Below are positions 33,652 to 47,292 of a DNA stretch of 64,000 nt, one piece after another (the first letter of the stretch is position 1; every line of letters starts with the position of its first letter). The stretch lies in NCBI RefSeq assembly GCF_009914755.1, contig NC_060931.1; one strand, 5' to 3'. Under the pieces are notes generated by a model, which worked only from the letters and a program-made list of their open reading frames with translations, ran no database searches and was not told the DNA's origin. The translations under genes were made by a program, and so were the position numbers. Origin of the DNA: the human T2T-CHM13v2.0 reference genome, Homo sapiens.

Positions 33652-34049
33652 CCTTTTTATTTTTTAAGCTGATTGAAGATTCTTAGTTCTCATGCTTTCT
33701 AGTGGTGATTAATCTTTAGCCAATATTTCTATATACAGTTATTAGTAATCATGTTTGACTTAGGTCAACAAACAATCTTTCCTAAAAAAACAGAACCCCA
33801 ATTTTAATTTCTGAATTATTTAGTATCTATTTTCTGCTGTGGAAGTTGAATTATGTTGATAGATATCATACAGGGCCATGTAACACTCTCAGATACACGT
33901 TCACATGTATAGTAGCTGTATACAAAAATGTTACTTCATTCTCTCTCTCTTTATAATACTCTTGGCTCTCTTACGTTCTCTCACACACTCTACTCTTCCC
34001 TTCCTCTGTTCTTTCTACCTGTTCCCTCTGCTCCTACCACACTTATTCC

Positions 34050-34750
34050 CCCCTTGTCCATTTTCCTTGTGCATAAAGCACAAGTGCTTAGTAATTATCA
34101 AATATTAATAACAATGACACTAACCACCCAATGATTTAGTGTTAATGACATGCTTTATTGAATGGCATTACCTCTAAAGTTCATGTTTCCTTTACCCAAC
34201 CAAGCTTCTTACCCTCCTCCCTTACCACAAGCATCTATATTGTCAAGGTTGTTATAAAGAGTAATAAGCCAGCCATTAAAAAAGGGTTTATGGTATTTTC
34301 CTATCTACAAAGTCACAGGAAGCTCAAATGTACTCAGTAAATATTGCAAAATTACACAGGACCATTAAATGTAACACTCCACCCTTTCTCTCTCTCTCTC
34401 TCTCTCTTGCTCTCTCTCTCTCTTTCTGTCAATATAGCAACACCCTATATCATTGCCCTTTGTATGTGCAAATCAGAGTTAATAAGCTTTATATTAGCAA
34501 TTACTCCTTAACAACTTCTGGTTTGTTTGGTCCAGTTGAATAATGTAAGCACTTAAAAAAATGAAATTATAAACATTTATGTGAAAAGTGCATATATCAC
34601 ATTGGATATGTTGTTATGCACTCCTTAATAATAAAGTAAGTTAATCTTTATTGCACACTTATTATAATATTACTTTGACCCTCTCTAGTACTCTTTATCT
34701 AAGTATTCTCAAGTGCTTTACAATCTCAAACAGACCCAATGTGTTGTATA
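34050..34750. promoter_or_regulatory. Probable legacy intron-10 DHS a/b region (1716+13.2/13.7 kb)
   Basis: Position from prior knowledge; HNF1-like GTTAATCTTTATT at 34640-34652 overlapping CDX-type TTTATTGC at 34647-34654; boundaries approximate. Confidence 0.4.
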
Positions 34751-37567
34751 CACAGAATCCTTTGAAGCTGACATTTGCCTTTCTGACCAGCTTGTTGTAA
34801 AGGAAATCAGCCAAAAAACAAGTATCTAGATGAGTAGCTCAAACATTAGTACACATAGTAATCACAGGTCAAAATGCAGATAGATTACCCTGTCCAAATT
34901 CTCCTGAGTAAGAGTAGGTGAAACATTTTTAAATAAGCTCCCCAGGTGATTCTGAAATTGGTCCAAGGACCACATATTAAGAACTAATGATCCAAACAAT
35001 TTGACTTTTTATTGTAGATTAAACCATGCTGAGAAAATTATTAAAAATTGAAATGGCAGTGGAGGATGGTTTGAAAGAAAGGTTTTTCAGGGCCCTTTCA
35101 ACAATAAAATTAATTGAACACAATATTAAAACTCTATATTTGATTTAAGACTAAGGTTTTCATTGTTTTTAAATCTCAGTAATTTTTATGTAACAGGTCA
35201 ATTCATACCCAGCATCTTAATTCCAATGAATGATTTCCCACAACAATTTTTGTGGATAACTCCAAGGGAACTCGAAGGAAGTTGTAGTATGAACAAAGAG
35301 AAGTAGAATTTGTCCCTGTGTGTAAGGCTTCTCTGATAAGCAGCACAGGCTCTCATACTGCTTTTTAAAAAAATTATGATAGCATCAAGTGGAATTAATT
35401 TTTTTTAGATTATACTTTCATGGAAGGGAAGATCTACTGTGAAGGCTGGAAAACCAACACCCTTAAGATAAATATATTACCAGATTTGAGCGCTCTTAGT
35501 AATCAGCAAAGATAAATGTTTAACAGTGCATACAAAATGAAGTGTTTTATGTTAAATCAAATAGAGAAAGCCAAACACTAATAATGTGGTTACAAATGAA
35601 CAATAAATTAGGTAATCAGAACAGGTACAGACATTAATAGCAGGATATTGGTATTATTAATGTATTTTCTTTTAAAATAATGAACTTAATTACAATTCTC
35701 CTCATCCTACCCCACTATTTTATTTTATTCCAGATTCAGCAGCTTCATATTATGTCTCTGAAACACGTATTATTAAAGTTATCCAAATGTACACATTTCT
35801 CTTTATATAAATGTTTCAGTCCAGAAAAGGAGGCCAAATACATTAGCTCAGAACATCAAATCTTCTCAGATGTGGGAATCTTTTATTTTCACACTTTTAA
35901 AGGTAATCTGTATTTCTAGCGTCTATTATAGACAGAAAACTTTCATATGACAACATTCCTATTTTCTTAACTGCCTTGATAGGGGCGAAGACAAATTCTA
36001 AGTAGGACTTTTTACCCCATTCTTCTTACCATCATTCTTTCACAAAACCCCCAGCTTTAGACAATCGCTATTATGAATTTGACATGTACTATTCCAATCC
36101 ATTCCCATAAATTTACACCCATATATACATATAGTTATCTATGAACAATATTTAGTAGCTTTTTTGTGTGTGGCTTTAAAATTTACATAAATTGTATAAT
36201 TTGTGCACATTCTTCTTTAATTTGCCTTCTTGGCTACGGTTATCTTTTTGAGATCTAGCTATGCTGCTGGTATGTAGAATTCTATTTCATTCTTTTTTCA
36301 TTGTTGTTTTGTACCCATAACGTGTCACATTTTATTTATACCTTCTGTTCCTGATGGACATTTAGATTCTTCCAGGATTTTACTCAATACTGCAATGAAA
36401 ATCTTTGAATTTTTCTCTTTTGCACATATTCAAGAGACTTTTCTGACATATATATCTATAGGTGAATTGTGTAGTCATATGATACATACACACATTTTAA
36501 ATTTCACTAGATACTGCCAATTTGCCCTTTGAAATAGCCATACAATTTATAGTACCACCAGCCACTTATGAAAGTTCCCATTTCCTCAAATCTTTGAAAG
36601 TTCTTATTATAAACAGACATATTAATTCTTGCCATTCTGATTTGTAAATCAGAATCTCTATTGTTCTACCTCTAGTTCTAATTTGGAATTCCCCAATTAC
36701 TTGTAAGATGCTATATATTTTCATGTTTGTTAGTCATTCTGATTTCATATCCTTTACCAATTATCTTTTTGGTAAGTTATTGTGGTGGCCATGAGATGTG
36801 CCTTACAGAGGCCTTGCTAGAGGGAATGTGATTGAATGAGAGCCCCAGATGCTGTGTATTAAAATCCTGCACTGAGTTTGTCTCAAGATTTCTTGCACGT
36901 GAATGAATGAGTACAGCTGGGATACTAAAGCAGATGTGTATTTGGGAGATATGAGACTTCTTTAGTGGCTGATTTTTGGCTCATAAATGACTTTGCCAAA
37001 CCTTCCTTAGACTGCTCAGTGTTCTAACATCTTCCATCCAGCCTTCTACCCTTCTTTCCTTTACTAGGGGATTGAATTTACATTGAGGTCTCATAGCCTT
37101 CTCTGCCTCTCTCCTTATTTCCTTTTATACAAATATTTCCCCTAATAAATCCATGCACATTTAATACCATTTTGCTATTTGCAACCTGCAGGTCCTGGAC
37201 TAACACAGTTCTATACATTGCATTACCATTCTCTAGAGTGGGATCTTTTGTTGTAGAGAGTTTTAAAATTTTTATGTAGTCACTTTTATCCATATTTTTC
37301 TTTATGGTTTATATTTTTGTGTCTTCTCTTTAACACATCTTTTCTAGCAGAATTCATAAATATATTATTCTATATTGCCAAAAGTTTGAAAGTTGCAATC
37401 ATTAGAATTAATTTTTGTATATTGTGTAAGTTAAGAATCTAATTTTATTGTTTTTCATTGGAAAGCCATTTGTCCCAAGATAATTTTTTAGTAGTCCCTC
37501 CTTCCCCTATTGTCATTCTGACATATTTTTTCTAGGTTCCGATCTATGCATGTGTTTCTTTATGGAA

Positions 37568-37896
37568 GAGTTGGCCCTTTGTATCTTTGAGTTTCAAATC
37601 CATGGATTCAATCAACCACAGATAGAAAATATTTAGAAAAGCGTCAGAATTGAACATGTACATACATTTTGCTTGTCATTATTCCCTAAACAATATAGTA
37701 TAACAACTATTTATGTAGGATTTACATTGTATTAGGTATTGTAAGTAATCTAGAGATGATTTAAAGTATACAGGAAGATGTGCATATGTTACATGCAAAT
37801 ACTACCCCATTTATATAAGGGTCTTGAGCATTCATGGATTTTGGTATCCACAGAGAGTCCTGGAACCAATTCCCCACAGATGCCAAGGCACAACTG
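37568..37896 (-). mobile_element. MER2 (Tigger-derived) DNA transposon
   Basis: ...ggattttggtatccac...gtcctggaaccaattccccacagatgccaaggcacaactg|ta. Confidence 0.8.
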
Positions 37897-39485
37897 TATT
37901 TATTCTATCATCTACTTGTTTAATCTCACATCAGTATCTACTTTTGAAATAACAATAACTTTATTATTTAACTTTTTTTATTACTTAGGATTAGAGAATT
38001 TCCTCTGGTGAGGCATCATAGTGTCTCAAGCTGGCCATAAAGACAAGTGAGGGCTAGGATCGGTAAGACTGGGCAGAGGAAGATACAACAGATCTCCTAT
38101 GCATGAAGCAAAAGTGCAGCTCAGAAGCCAGCTCTTTCATTAAGTTGTCCTCTATACCCTCACTAGATTGTAAGCTCTTGAAATGAGAGGCTATACCTTA
38201 ATTGTCTCTGTTATCTAAAATACTTCCACTCACTGCTTGGAACATATTGCCTGCAATAATTAAGCTTGCCCTGGCTCCCAAAGCATAGAGCAAATCACAC
38301 TCCTCCCCTTGCCTTTGAGAAGCTCACAGTCTTCGAAGGTAGAGATATGTGAACAGATAAGAAAATGGATGACAGGAGAACAGAAACGCATGACTGTCAG
38401 AGAAGTCATTGGAGACTTTACAGAGGAAATTAAATTTTTATTGATCTTGAAAGAGTTTGCCAGATGAAGTAGAGGACAGGCATTTTAGACAAAGGGAACA
38501 GGAAATGTGAAAACACAAAGTGATGGAAGTCATGGTGAGTTTGGAGAACTATAAAACTTCAATGTGGCTGAAGGGTAAGGTGGATATAGAGGAGTGCTGG
38601 GAGGTGAGGCTGAAGAAATAAGCTAGGAAATGTCTTTTTATGCCATTTTTTAAAGTTTGGACTTTATTCTGAAGTTCACATGGATCCAATATTTTTTGTT
38701 TTGTGTTGTTTTAAGCAGAAGCGTGACATGATCAGCTTGAATGATGAACAACTTGAATTGTTTAAAGTGGATCACACAGTCTACTGTTTTACAGTTATTC
38801 TTTGACCAAGATATTCTTTATTAACTGAGGAAAAAAAGGGCTTTCCTGAATTTTGCAGTCATGGGATATATGATAAGCATTCTTGATTTATCATCTTCAA
38901 TCCTGTTACATAACATAATAACCATTGTTATTACCTTTAGCAATGCTTTCCTCAGTATTATCTAATGGCCTATAAAATGTGACTTTCATTTGCAAATACA
39001 GTACATCTAACAAGAATTTATCACAGCTGCTATGCAAAATACCAATACAATTGACCCTTGGACAATGTGGGGGTTAGGGGTGCTGATTCCCCATGCAGTT
39101 GAACATGTTACATAACATAATACATAACCATTGTTATTATGTAACAGGATTGAAAATGATAAATCTTTGGAAAGTGGGGCAAATGAATTCTTATGAATTC
39201 CATATCTTCCACATGTGTTTTACTTTTTTGATAAGAAGTAGTAACCTAGTTCAGAAAGAAAATAATCATCCCCTTTTACTTACGCAGGATACCAAGTCTA
39301 TCTTAGCACCATAATAGTGAATGATAGGAATCAAGCTCTATGAATACATTCACATGTACATATATATGGCTATATAGGACACATGCATGCACATATACAT
39401 ATATACACTTGCATATATGTGTATATACATGTACATATATGCATGTATATTCAAATGTATATGTGTATATAGCCAAGTTATTGTA

Positions 39486-39941
39486 CAGTTGACCTTTGAA
39501 CAACACGGGTTTGAACTATGCAGGTCCACTTACACGTATTTTTTTTTTCCGTTTCTGACACCCCTAAGGCAACAAGGCCAACTCCTCCCCTTGCTCTTCC
39601 TCCTCAGCTGACTCAACATGAAAACTATGAGGACGAAGACCTTTATGAAGATTCACCTCCACTTAATGAATAGTACATACATTTCTTTTTCCCCATGGTT
39701 TTCTTAATAACATTTTCTTTTCTCTAGCTTGCTTTATTGTAATAATATAGTATATAATACATATAACATACCAAGTATGTGTTAATTGACTGCTTATGTT
39801 ATCAGTAAGGCTTCTGGTCAACAGTAGACTATTGCTAGTTAAGTTTCTGGTAGTTACAAGTTATATGTGGATGTTCGACTGCATGGGGAGTCAGCACCCC
39901 AACCCTCATGTTGTCCAAGGGCGTTGTCCAAGGGTCAGTTG
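39486..39941 (+). mobile_element. Tigger2a (MER28-like) DNA transposon
   Basis: ta|cagttgacctttgaacaacacgggtttgaact ... aagggtcagttg|ta; about 455 bp. Confidence 0.88.
39569..39672 (+). other. Latent 104-nt (alternative 65-nt from 39608) pseudoexon inside Tigger2a
   Basis: Acceptors cctaag|G (39568/9) and cctcag|C (39607/8); weak donor ATA|gtacat whose +5 A (39677) lies about 9.41 kb before exon 12, consistent with c.1585-9412A>G. Confidence 0.7.
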
Positions 39942-40439
39942 TAATTGGTATTTTGGATAGCAGCTGTGGTAAATTCTGGTTAGATGTACTATATTTATAA
40001 ATGAAACTCACATTTTATAGGCCATTAAATATTATTGAGGAGAGCATTTCTAAGGGTAAAATCTTGTCTAATGCTTGAAACATCTTCATTTTCCTGTCAG
40101 TTTAGATCTTTTTGAAGTAATTCTGAAAATCTCTCTTTTAAGCTAAATTTAACACAACCAAATAGCCAAATATTTAAGTTCCACTAATGAAGATATCTAA
40201 ATTTCTGTTAAAAATTTAAGATATATGTTAAACCCTTCTAATATAACTCTTCTCTCAGTCAAACTTTTTTTTTTAACAGTTGCTTTGCTTCTTCTTTCAA
40301 AGTCATACTTCAACAAAGTTGCTATTGAATATGTCTGACTAAACATGTTAGCTATATGATAAGATGGCTGGATAAGAGATAAATATAGAAAATGTAGCTT
40401 TTTTTCTACTTGCAATAACCCTTTAGGAATTAAAATGGA

Positions 40440-41960
40440 AAACTAATAACTATTTGATTCATAATAGTAGCAAACCGTAAAATATTTAGACATAAATCTA
40501 CTAAGAAATTTATAAGACATATATGGAGAAAATTCAATTGAATAAACCGTTATTGAAGTATATAAAATAAGATCTGGATGAATAGAAAGATCATAATTTT
40601 TAATAAAATTTTGCATCTTAAAAAGTGAACCCTCTCCAAATATATGCACATTTAATAAAATTATAAATACATCCCAATGAGGTTGGTTTTGAAATTTTGT
40701 TAATTGGAACTTAAATTTCACCTAAGAAGAAAAAATAAAGAATAGTTAAGAGTGCATGCTTTGTAGACAAATTGCCTTAGTTAGAATCCTGGCTCTATCA
40801 TCTATTAGCTATGTTATCTTTGGGATAACATTCATCTTTTCTTATAGATATGCTTAAAACAGTGCCTGACATATAGTAAGCACAAATATCCATTAGCTAT
40901 TCTTCTTATTATTTATGTTATTAGTATTGTTAATATTTGTTATTATATGGAAGACTAAATGACCAAAGAGAGTCAAGAAATTTATGAATAAGATTTATGC
41001 GTTGTTAGATATTAGAGCCATTAAAAAAAAAAAAACCAAAGTGCCAAAAAACCTAGCACAGTGTTAATACAGGAATAAAAAAATGGATCAGAGGAACCAA
41101 ACAGAAAAGCCAGAAATGGATCTTAGGAAACATGAGAATATGATATATGATAGATGCTAAATGAATTCAGTATAAAAATATTAATGTAATAAATCATGCT
41201 TGCTATTCAAGTAAAAGAAAATGAGGTTAGATTCATGTCTCATACCAAATATAACCATAAATTATACCTTGATTAAATTTTTTAATTAAAAAGCAATAAT
41301 ATTTGAAAAGAAATATAGGATACTCAATGTATAACCTGAAGGTTGGGTAGTACTTTTCAACAAATATAGGAATTTTTCACTTGAAATACTAGAAGAAAAA
41401 AAGATAGCAAACAAATACAGGAATTCCAATTTCAAGCAGATATAATGATTTCATGAAATGTTAACTGTGCACATGATAGATGGTCTATGGATAGTGCAAA
41501 AGAAAAAGAGAAAAGAAAAAATGTTTTTTAACATATGCAGCAAAAAAGGTTTTTAACATCTATTACATACAAATAAAAATGAATGTATAACACAGACTTC
41601 AATAAAAATAGGCATTTCACAGGAGAACAATTCAGATGGCCAGTATTTACAATTTCATAGGTATTAAGGAAAATACAAATTAAAATGGCAAATTAGCAGA
41701 AATTGAGGTGTGATTATATTAATATCTGTTGGTGGTGGTGATTATGGGGAAAAGGGTACTTTCAAAACTTGCTAATATAAATATAATTCTTTTGGTTGTT
41801 TTGTAAAGGAACCTGACAATATCTTTTAAAAATAAAGAAAACGCATACTTTTGACCTAGCCATCCCATTCATGAGGGTATGTCTTAGAAAAATAAGATCA
41901 CAAAATCATAGAGATTTATGTGCAATGATATTATTGGTAGGTCATTTTTATGAGGAGGGG
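40440..41960 (+). mobile_element. Old L1M fragments (with inserted MIR at about 40745-40900)
   Basis: A-rich degenerate L1 ORF2-like text; boundaries approximate. Confidence 0.5.
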
Positions 41961-43099
41961 TGTGGATAGTAAATGCCAGGGTAAATCACATAGCATCTAA
42001 TAAACGTATTTATGAACTACAAAAGCTTACACTTTCAGTCTAGTCTAGTCCAGACTGCAAATAAATGTGAGCAAGTGAATTCAAGCACAGAAGTGCTTGA
42101 AGGCAGGTTTCATAAATCTACTTTCTTACAGTATCCTGATATTGACTTATCGAGACGGTTACTGTGGGGTTGATTATTAAAATATTTATGTATCTAGGTA
42201 TTTTTCATTCAGTAGTATGTTATTCAATTAGCAACAAGTGTGGGGATTTAAAGATATTCTTGTTTGTTTTTACTGCTGAAACATATTCTAGTGGAAATTT
42301 CAAATAAACGATTAGTCATCCTAAAAGCAAGATACATTTTCTCAGAAAAGACAAGGTAAAGAACTTGTATATCCTCCCTCAATTCGTTTATAAGGTAATA
42401 AGATGAATAAAAATATCATAGTACAATTTAGCATTGTAAAATAAAATTAATTGGTCATCTCTAGTGTGGTCGTGCTTGGAAGGTGAAAGAAGCCAAGATC
42501 TTGTCTGGGAATATCATGTCTACCTTGACCTCACCCTTAAGAATCCTAGCCTTTAGTTTAAAATCACATGGCTACATACATACCAACTTCAACAATAGTA
42601 CATCTGGCAAGGTCATGCAAACCTGGGACTTGAGCTTCTGATTCTAAGTCCAGTGCTTTTTGTGTACATCATCTCTTGTACATACCTTATGATGATATGC
42701 TAATAAAAGCTACGTGATCAGGCCTTAAAAATCTGCTTTTTTTTTGTAATGGTAGAATGGGGCATATTATCACATCAGGTAAACACTCTATTCAAGGATA
42801 AATGGAAATGAATGTCATATATAGATCATTGATAAATATCTCATTACAAAATTATGAGAGTTACCAATGTTTGAGTGTATATTATGGGCCAGCCCTTTAT
42901 ATTAAATTACTTCAAATTTTTACAACTGTTAAAGGAAGATATTATTATACCCATTTTATAGATGGACAAGTTAGGGCCAGAAAAGACTTCCTCAAAGCTG
43001 TTAGTCCAGTAATGGAGACAGGGCTAGAAAACAGGTCATTTTGCTCTTTGACTAATGTTACTACTCATGTTTTGTATTTTGTTTAAAGTTTTATTTTAT

Positions 43100-43487
<388 letters not shown>

Positions 43488-44517
43488 TAAATGCCACTTT
43501 CTTAATTTTCATAGTTAGCACTCTTTATGAAACATAAACTATTATTTGACCCAGGTTTTTGTTAGAGGAATTGAGTCAGAGAGCTGTTAAGTAACTGAGA
43601 TTTCACAATAAGCCAGACAGACCAGGGTTCAAATTCTGGGTCTCACATTATCCAATTCAATATTCCAGCTTTGTTACTTATTGAGCAACCACTACAAGCA
43701 CAGTTTACATGACATCTGATAGCTCTCAAAATGAATTTTACAAACATAATTCAGATTTCAACTCAGCAGTGACTCAGGAGAAAGGACACTTGGATGCATT
43801 TCTTTATGGCATTTTTCCCAGGGTACACGCAACCTGGAAGATCTCCCAAGTATGGGGGAAGGTTTCACCCTGAGGAATCCCATTCCCTCTAATCTGGGAC
43901 AAGGGGGAGGAGAGTACTGTCTCTTATCAGCCATCTCCCCAGGGAGGCCTGGGCCCTCCTGGAATGCATACCATGGCTTACTGACTCAAAGTGTTGAAAA
44001 GACCAGGCATTGGGACACACAACACTACTCTTAAAATAAAAAAAGAATCAGAGTAGCTTGTGGTTATAATTGAAATGGACAGAGTAACATGGTACCAAGA
44101 AACTATTAGCAATTCCTTCCCTAAATCCCTCATTTTCTTAAAGCATTTTCTCCTTTTCCTCAACAAGCTTTAAGTTGGATTTGAAGAATGATAAGACTAA
44201 AAGGAGGGCTGTTTCTGGTCTTTGGAGGAATTTGATATTCCATTCGATCTGAGTGTGCAAAGCCTGAGTTCACATGAACTCTTCTGATCTCTTTCTCTAA
44301 TATTTTTTCACCTTATTCATATGGGAAAGAAGGAGGGGAATACTTTAGTTCCATTCTCCCTCCTCCTATTTCCTTGACTTGTTTAAAATATAAATGTTAT
44401 AGACACCTAAGATAGAAATTTGACTGAAACAGCCTCTTAATTATTGTCTTAAAAAATTGGTATAATGAAATTGCATTTGTAGTCTTTGGACATTTAAATC
44501 CAGAAGGGATATTTTCT

Positions 44518-46266
44518 TTTTCTTTTTTAAAAATTTAATTCAATAGTTTTTGGGCTACAGGTGGTTTTTGGTTACATGGATAAGTGCTTTAGTGGTGATT
44601 TCTGAGATTTTGATATACCCATCACCTGAGCAGTGTGCACTGTACCCAATATGTAGTCTTTTATCCCCCCCCCGCTCCACCCTTCCTTTATCGTCCCCAA
44701 AGCACATTATATAATTATTATGCCTTTGCAGCCTCATCGCTTAGCTCCCACTTGTAAGTGAGAACATGCGATATTTGGTTTTCCATTCCTGAGTTACTTC
44801 ATTTAGAATAAATTGTCTCTAGCTCCATTCAAGTTGCTGCAAAGGCCATTATTTCATTCCGTTTTTTGGCTGAATAGTATTCCATGGTGTATATATGCCA
44901 CATTTTCTTTATCCACTTGTTGATTGATAGGCATTTAGGTTGGACCCATATTTTCGCAATTATGAATTGTACTGCTGTAAACATGAGTGTGCTTTTTTTT
45001 TTCCATATAATGACTTCTTTTCCTTTGGGTAGATACCCAGCAGTGGGACTGCTGGATCAAATGGTAGTTCTCCTTTTAGTTCTTTAAGGAATCTCCATAC
45101 TGTTTTCCACAGTGGTTGTACTAGTTTACAACCCCACCAGCAGTGTAAAACTGTTCCATTTTCAGCACATCCATGCCAACATCTATTATTTTTTGACTTT
45201 TTAATTGTGGCTATTCTTGCAGGAGTAAGATGGTATCTCATTGTGGTTTTAATTTGCATTTCCCTGATAATCAGTGATGTTGAGCATTTTTTCCTGTGTT
45301 TGTTATTTGTTTGTATATCTTGAGAATTATCTATTCTGTCCTTTGCCCACTTTTTGATGGAATTATTTGTTTTTTTTTCTTGCTGATTTGTTTGAGTTCC
45401 TTGTAGATCCTGGATACTAGTCCTTTATCGGATGCATAGTTTATGAATATTCTTTCCCACTCTGTAGGTTGTCTGTTTACCATGCTAATTATTTATTTTG
45501 CTGTGCAAAAGCTTTTCAGTTTAATTATTTCCCATCTATTTATTTTTGTTTCTGTTTTATTTGCTTTTGGGATCTTAGTCATGAACTTTTTACCTAAACC
45601 AATGACTATAAGAGTTTTTCCAATGTTATCTTCTAGAATGCTTATGTTTTCTGGTCTTAGATTTAAGTCTTTGATTCATCTTGAGTTAATTTTTGTATAA
45701 GGTGAGCATTGAGGATCCAGTTTCATTCTTCTACATGTGGCTTGCCAGTTTTCCCAGCACCATTTATTAGATAGGGTATCCTGTCCCCACTTTATGTTTT
45801 TGTATGCTTTGTCAAAGATCAGTTGACTTTAAGTATTTGGCTTTATTTCTGGGTTCTCTATTCTGTTCCATTGTCTACTTGCCTATTTGTGTACCAGTAC
45901 CAGGCTGTTTTAGTAACTATAGCCTTGTAGTATAATTTGAAGTCGGGTAATATGATGCCTCCAGATTTGTTCTTTTTGCTTAGTATTCCTTTAGCTATGT
46001 GGGCTCTTTTTTAGTTCCATATGAATTTTAGGATTTTTTTCTAGTTCTGTGAAGAATTATGATGATATTTTGATGGGAATTGTATTGAATTTGTAGATTG
46101 CTTTTGGCAGTATGGTCATTTTCATAGTATTGATTCTACCCATCCATGAGCATGGGATGTGTTTCCATTTGTTTGTGTCACCTGTGATTTCTTTGAGCAG
46201 CATTTTGTAGTTTTCCTTGTAGAGATCTTTAACCTCCTTGGTTAAGTATATTTTCATGTATTTTAG

Positions 46267-46297
<31 letters not shown>

Positions 46298-46363
46298 GTT
46301 TTGTTTTTGCAGCTGTTGTAAAAGGGATTGAGTTCTTGATTTGATTCTCAGCTTGGTTGTTGT
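44518..46363 (-). mobile_element. 5'-truncated L1 (L1PB-like), ORF2 3' part and 3'UTR
   Basis: ORF remnants [13 protein letters not shown]...[22 protein letters not shown] and [13 protein letters not shown] are L1 ORF2; TSD cagaagggatattttct (44501-44517) / cagcagggacattttct (46364-46380). Confidence 0.95.
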
Positions 46364-46977
46364 CAGCAGGGACATTTTCTAAAGTATAGACTGTAGTTCC
46401 TTATCTTCTATCTGTTTCTTACTGTCCCCTTCAGTATTCTTGTCCTTTTTTCCCGCTATTATCTTTTTGACCTTTTAATATATAGATATCTACTTCTACT
46501 TCTGACAATTTTTGCTTCTCCAATTTTCTTTCTTTTTCTCCTCTGCACACATTTATTTATTTTCTTCTATGTACTTCTTTATTTTTAACTTAATATTTGA
46601 TTAACTTCCCTTCCCTGTCTCTTTTCCTTCTTTCCATAAATCTTCATTAATTGCCTGCACTGAGCTAGGATTCTATACTCTCTAAATCAATAATCTATTT
46701 TCTATAGTCAACTGTGTTATAATCGTACTGTCAAGATAACTACTTATTTTTAATACTTAAAAATATTTTGAAATTTTAACCAATTTAATTAATACAATGT
46801 TGAGTTCAAATTTGAAAAAAACAATGGAAAACTGTAATAATTCTAGCAACCTCCTGCTTTTTAATAATGTATTAGAAAATTTGCCTCTTTTTCAAAAGCC
46901 TACAGTGAATCTATTCATACAAGGCAAAAGCAAACCATTCTCTTCATTCTCTTTTTTTCTCCAAAAGATTTAAGTGT

Positions 46978-47292
46978 TTTTTGTTTGTTTGTTTTGTTTT
47001 GTTTTTTAGATATTGAGTCTTGCTCTGTCATCCAGGCTGCAGTGCAGTGGTGTGATCATAGCTCGCTATAGCCTCGAATTCCTGGGTTCAAGCAATCCTC
47101 CTCCCTCACCCTCCTGAGTAGCTGGGGCTACAGGTGCATGCTACCATGCCCAGCTAATTTAAAAGGAAAAAAATTGTGTAGAGATGGGTCTTGCTATGTT
47201 GCCCAGGCTGGTCTCAAACTTCCAATCTCAAGCATTTCTCCCACCCAGCATCCTGAAGTGCTGAGATTATAAGTGAGCCACTATGCCCAACC
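46978..47292 (-). mobile_element. AluJ with (GTTTT)n tail
   Basis: Antisense dimeric Alu. Confidence 0.9.

Noticed and set aside
44960-46257. ORFs with L1 ORF2 similarity
   Set aside because: Fragmented, 5'-truncated old L1; not a functional gene.
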